A stretch of 63,002 nt of DNA, counting the filler, from Octopus bimaculoides (Eukaryota): the NCBI RefSeq assembly GCF_001194135.2. It is 5 parts of 4 records of this genome, joined end to end, with 100 filler letters (N's around TTAATTAATTAA, not from the genome) between each part and the next. Parts side by side here need not be neighbours in the genome. Positions count along the whole stretch, not along the records: positions 54,966 to 61,712 come from NC_069005.1; positions 61,813 to 63,002 come from NC_068981.1; 3 more parts are not named here. One strand, given 5' to 3'. A program made the position numbers and the translations under genes. The notes beneath the pieces were generated by a model, which worked only from the letters and a program-made list of their open reading frames with translations, was not told the DNA's origin and searched no databases. Shown in pieces: positions 61,201-63,002 of the stretch. Within the stretch, counting starts at the first letter, position 1. Each line of letters starts with the position of its first letter.

Positions 61201-61812
61201 GCTAACTTTTAACTGATGCTTCATTGCTAATAATGGAGATGTATATATAATCATCATCAAGTTCATCATCTTAGTCATTATTATTTAATGTCTGTTTTCC
61301 ATATTGGCATGGGTTGGACAGTTTGACAAGAACTGACAAGCCAGAGGTCTGTGCCAAGCTCTATTGTCTGATTTTTGTCATTTAAGCCTTTAGCATTTAA
61401 ACTGGCCATATCTGGCCTAAATACTCTACTTGTTTTATGTTTGAACCATCCAGATAAGGCCGACGGTGCTGCACGCTTTGCGGCTCCACAAACCTCAATA
61501 TCTCTCTCGTCTTCCTTCCTTTCCTCGCCCCTGCGTCGGCCAGCGCCTCCGGCCGTCGCGGATGAACGAAACCACAGAAGACGGGCTTCGGCAGTCACGC
61601 GCTGTTTCGCTGCCGCCGCCGCCGCCGCCGCCGTCGTCGCACGCTCCTCGCCTGATTTCTAAAATTTTTTTTGTTTCCTTTCCATTCGCTTTCCTTTTTC
61701 TCAGCCGCCGCCNNNNNNNNNNNNNNNNNNNNNNNNNNNNNNNNNNNNNNNNNNNNTTAATTAATTAANNNNNNNNNNNNNNNNNNNNNNNNNNNNNNNN
61801 NNNNNNNNNNNN

Positions 61813-62961
61813 CCTACATCCATCCCATGCAGGTCTCTCAGGTCCTTCAGGAGGATATTGAAGAGCTGTGGACCTCTGAAGCCCAGGCTATTGCAGTATC
61901 TTGTCCTACATCTTGATGGCAAATTTGGAGTCCTTGACACTATGCAATGGCGTCCAGTTCTAGTATTTGTGTAACTTTCGATGCTAAAGTTTGAGACAAG
62001 TCCTTCGAGGATCTTCCAGATGTATATTACTGCATACCTCTCCCGCCTTCTCTCCAGGGAGTAGAGTCTTAATCTCTTGAGTCTTTCCCAATAGCTTATA
62101 TGCTGCATAAAGGCTATCTTCTGTGTAGCTCCCTTGGATTGCCTCAAGTTCTGAGATTAATTTGACACTGGTTGGTGACCATAGCTGAGAGCAATAGTCA
62201 AAGTGGCTTAGAACAAGTGTACTCCAGAGCACCATCATGGTCTCCTGATCTCTTGTTCTAAAAGTCCTAAGAATCCATCCGGTCAGTCGCCTGCATTTAG
62301 CAACATGCACATGAAAGGATGCATTATTACTCATGTAAATGCCCAGGTCTCGCACTGACTGTTCCTCTGGGATTGCAGTCCCTCCAGGACCAGTGTATTT
62401 AATGGGTACTGCATTTAGTTTTGCATGCTGATAGCACAAGGCTTGAAAGTTTTCAGCATTAAACTGCATGTTATTCTTTTCAGCCCACTTGTATATTTCA
62501 TCCAGCTCACATTGCAGGTGCATAGTGTCTTCAGGGTTCTGTATTACCTGTGAGACTTTTGTATCATCTGCATAACTTGTGATCGTGGTTCTCTGTGTGG
62601 CTGAGGGCATGTCTTAGAGGGCTATTTAAACAGTAGTGGTCCCAAAACAGTGCCTTGCGGAACACCGCTCACCTGACTTCTATCCTTCAGAAAGTCATGA
62701 AGCTATTCTCCCAATTTTCCAACTATGCCGAGATCACGCAGTTTGTGACATATCATTCCATGATCGACTTTATCAAAGGCCTTGGCAAAGTCGGGATATA
62801 TCACTTCCCCATTTGAGTGGTTCAGTAGCTGTTTCAGCACCCAGTCATAGTGTTGTAAGAGCTGTATCAGGCAGCTTCTTCCTGGTCGGAAACCATGTTG
62901 GATGTCAGGCAGCAAATCATTTTCTTCAAGGAAGGCGATTAGTTTTCTTCTGACTATTCGT

Positions 62962-62966
<5 letters not shown>
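61813..62966 (-). pseudogene. CR1-like LINE RT domain and C-terminus, same family as 29650-31395, disrupted
   Basis: QHGFRPGRSC, DFAKAFDKVDH, SGVPQGTVLGP, YADDTKV, VRDLGI, FDYCSQLWSP, YSLERRRER. Bounded by (TC)n and a gap. Confidence 0.95.

Positions 62967-63002
<36 letters not shown>

Overview
This is a gene-poor, AT-rich eukaryotic scaffold segment with many N gaps. The SINE families, dense microsatellites and a divergent 18S fragment with a long GC-rich insert suggest a coleoid cephalopod (octopus-like); this is an inference. I found no intact protein-coding gene, true tRNA gene or CRISPR array. The window is mostly decayed transposable elements: about four recurring tRNA-headed SINE families (my labels A-D), LINE remnants (two CR1-like copies, RTE 5' and 3' pieces, an RLE-type element, L1/Tx1) and DNA transposons (a Merlin/IS1595-like element with TIRs and TSD, a DD36E Tc1, a long-IR mariner, TTAA MITEs, a Helitron-like end). 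The most unusual signal is a set of type I hammerhead-ribozyme-like motifs. One sits at the tip of a ~150-nt imperfect hairpin and is present twice inside a 205-bp inverted duplication (14.8/16.2 kb). There is also a SINE-containing fold-back palindrome at 25.6-26.2 kb. All calls were made by eye; no searches or folding were run.
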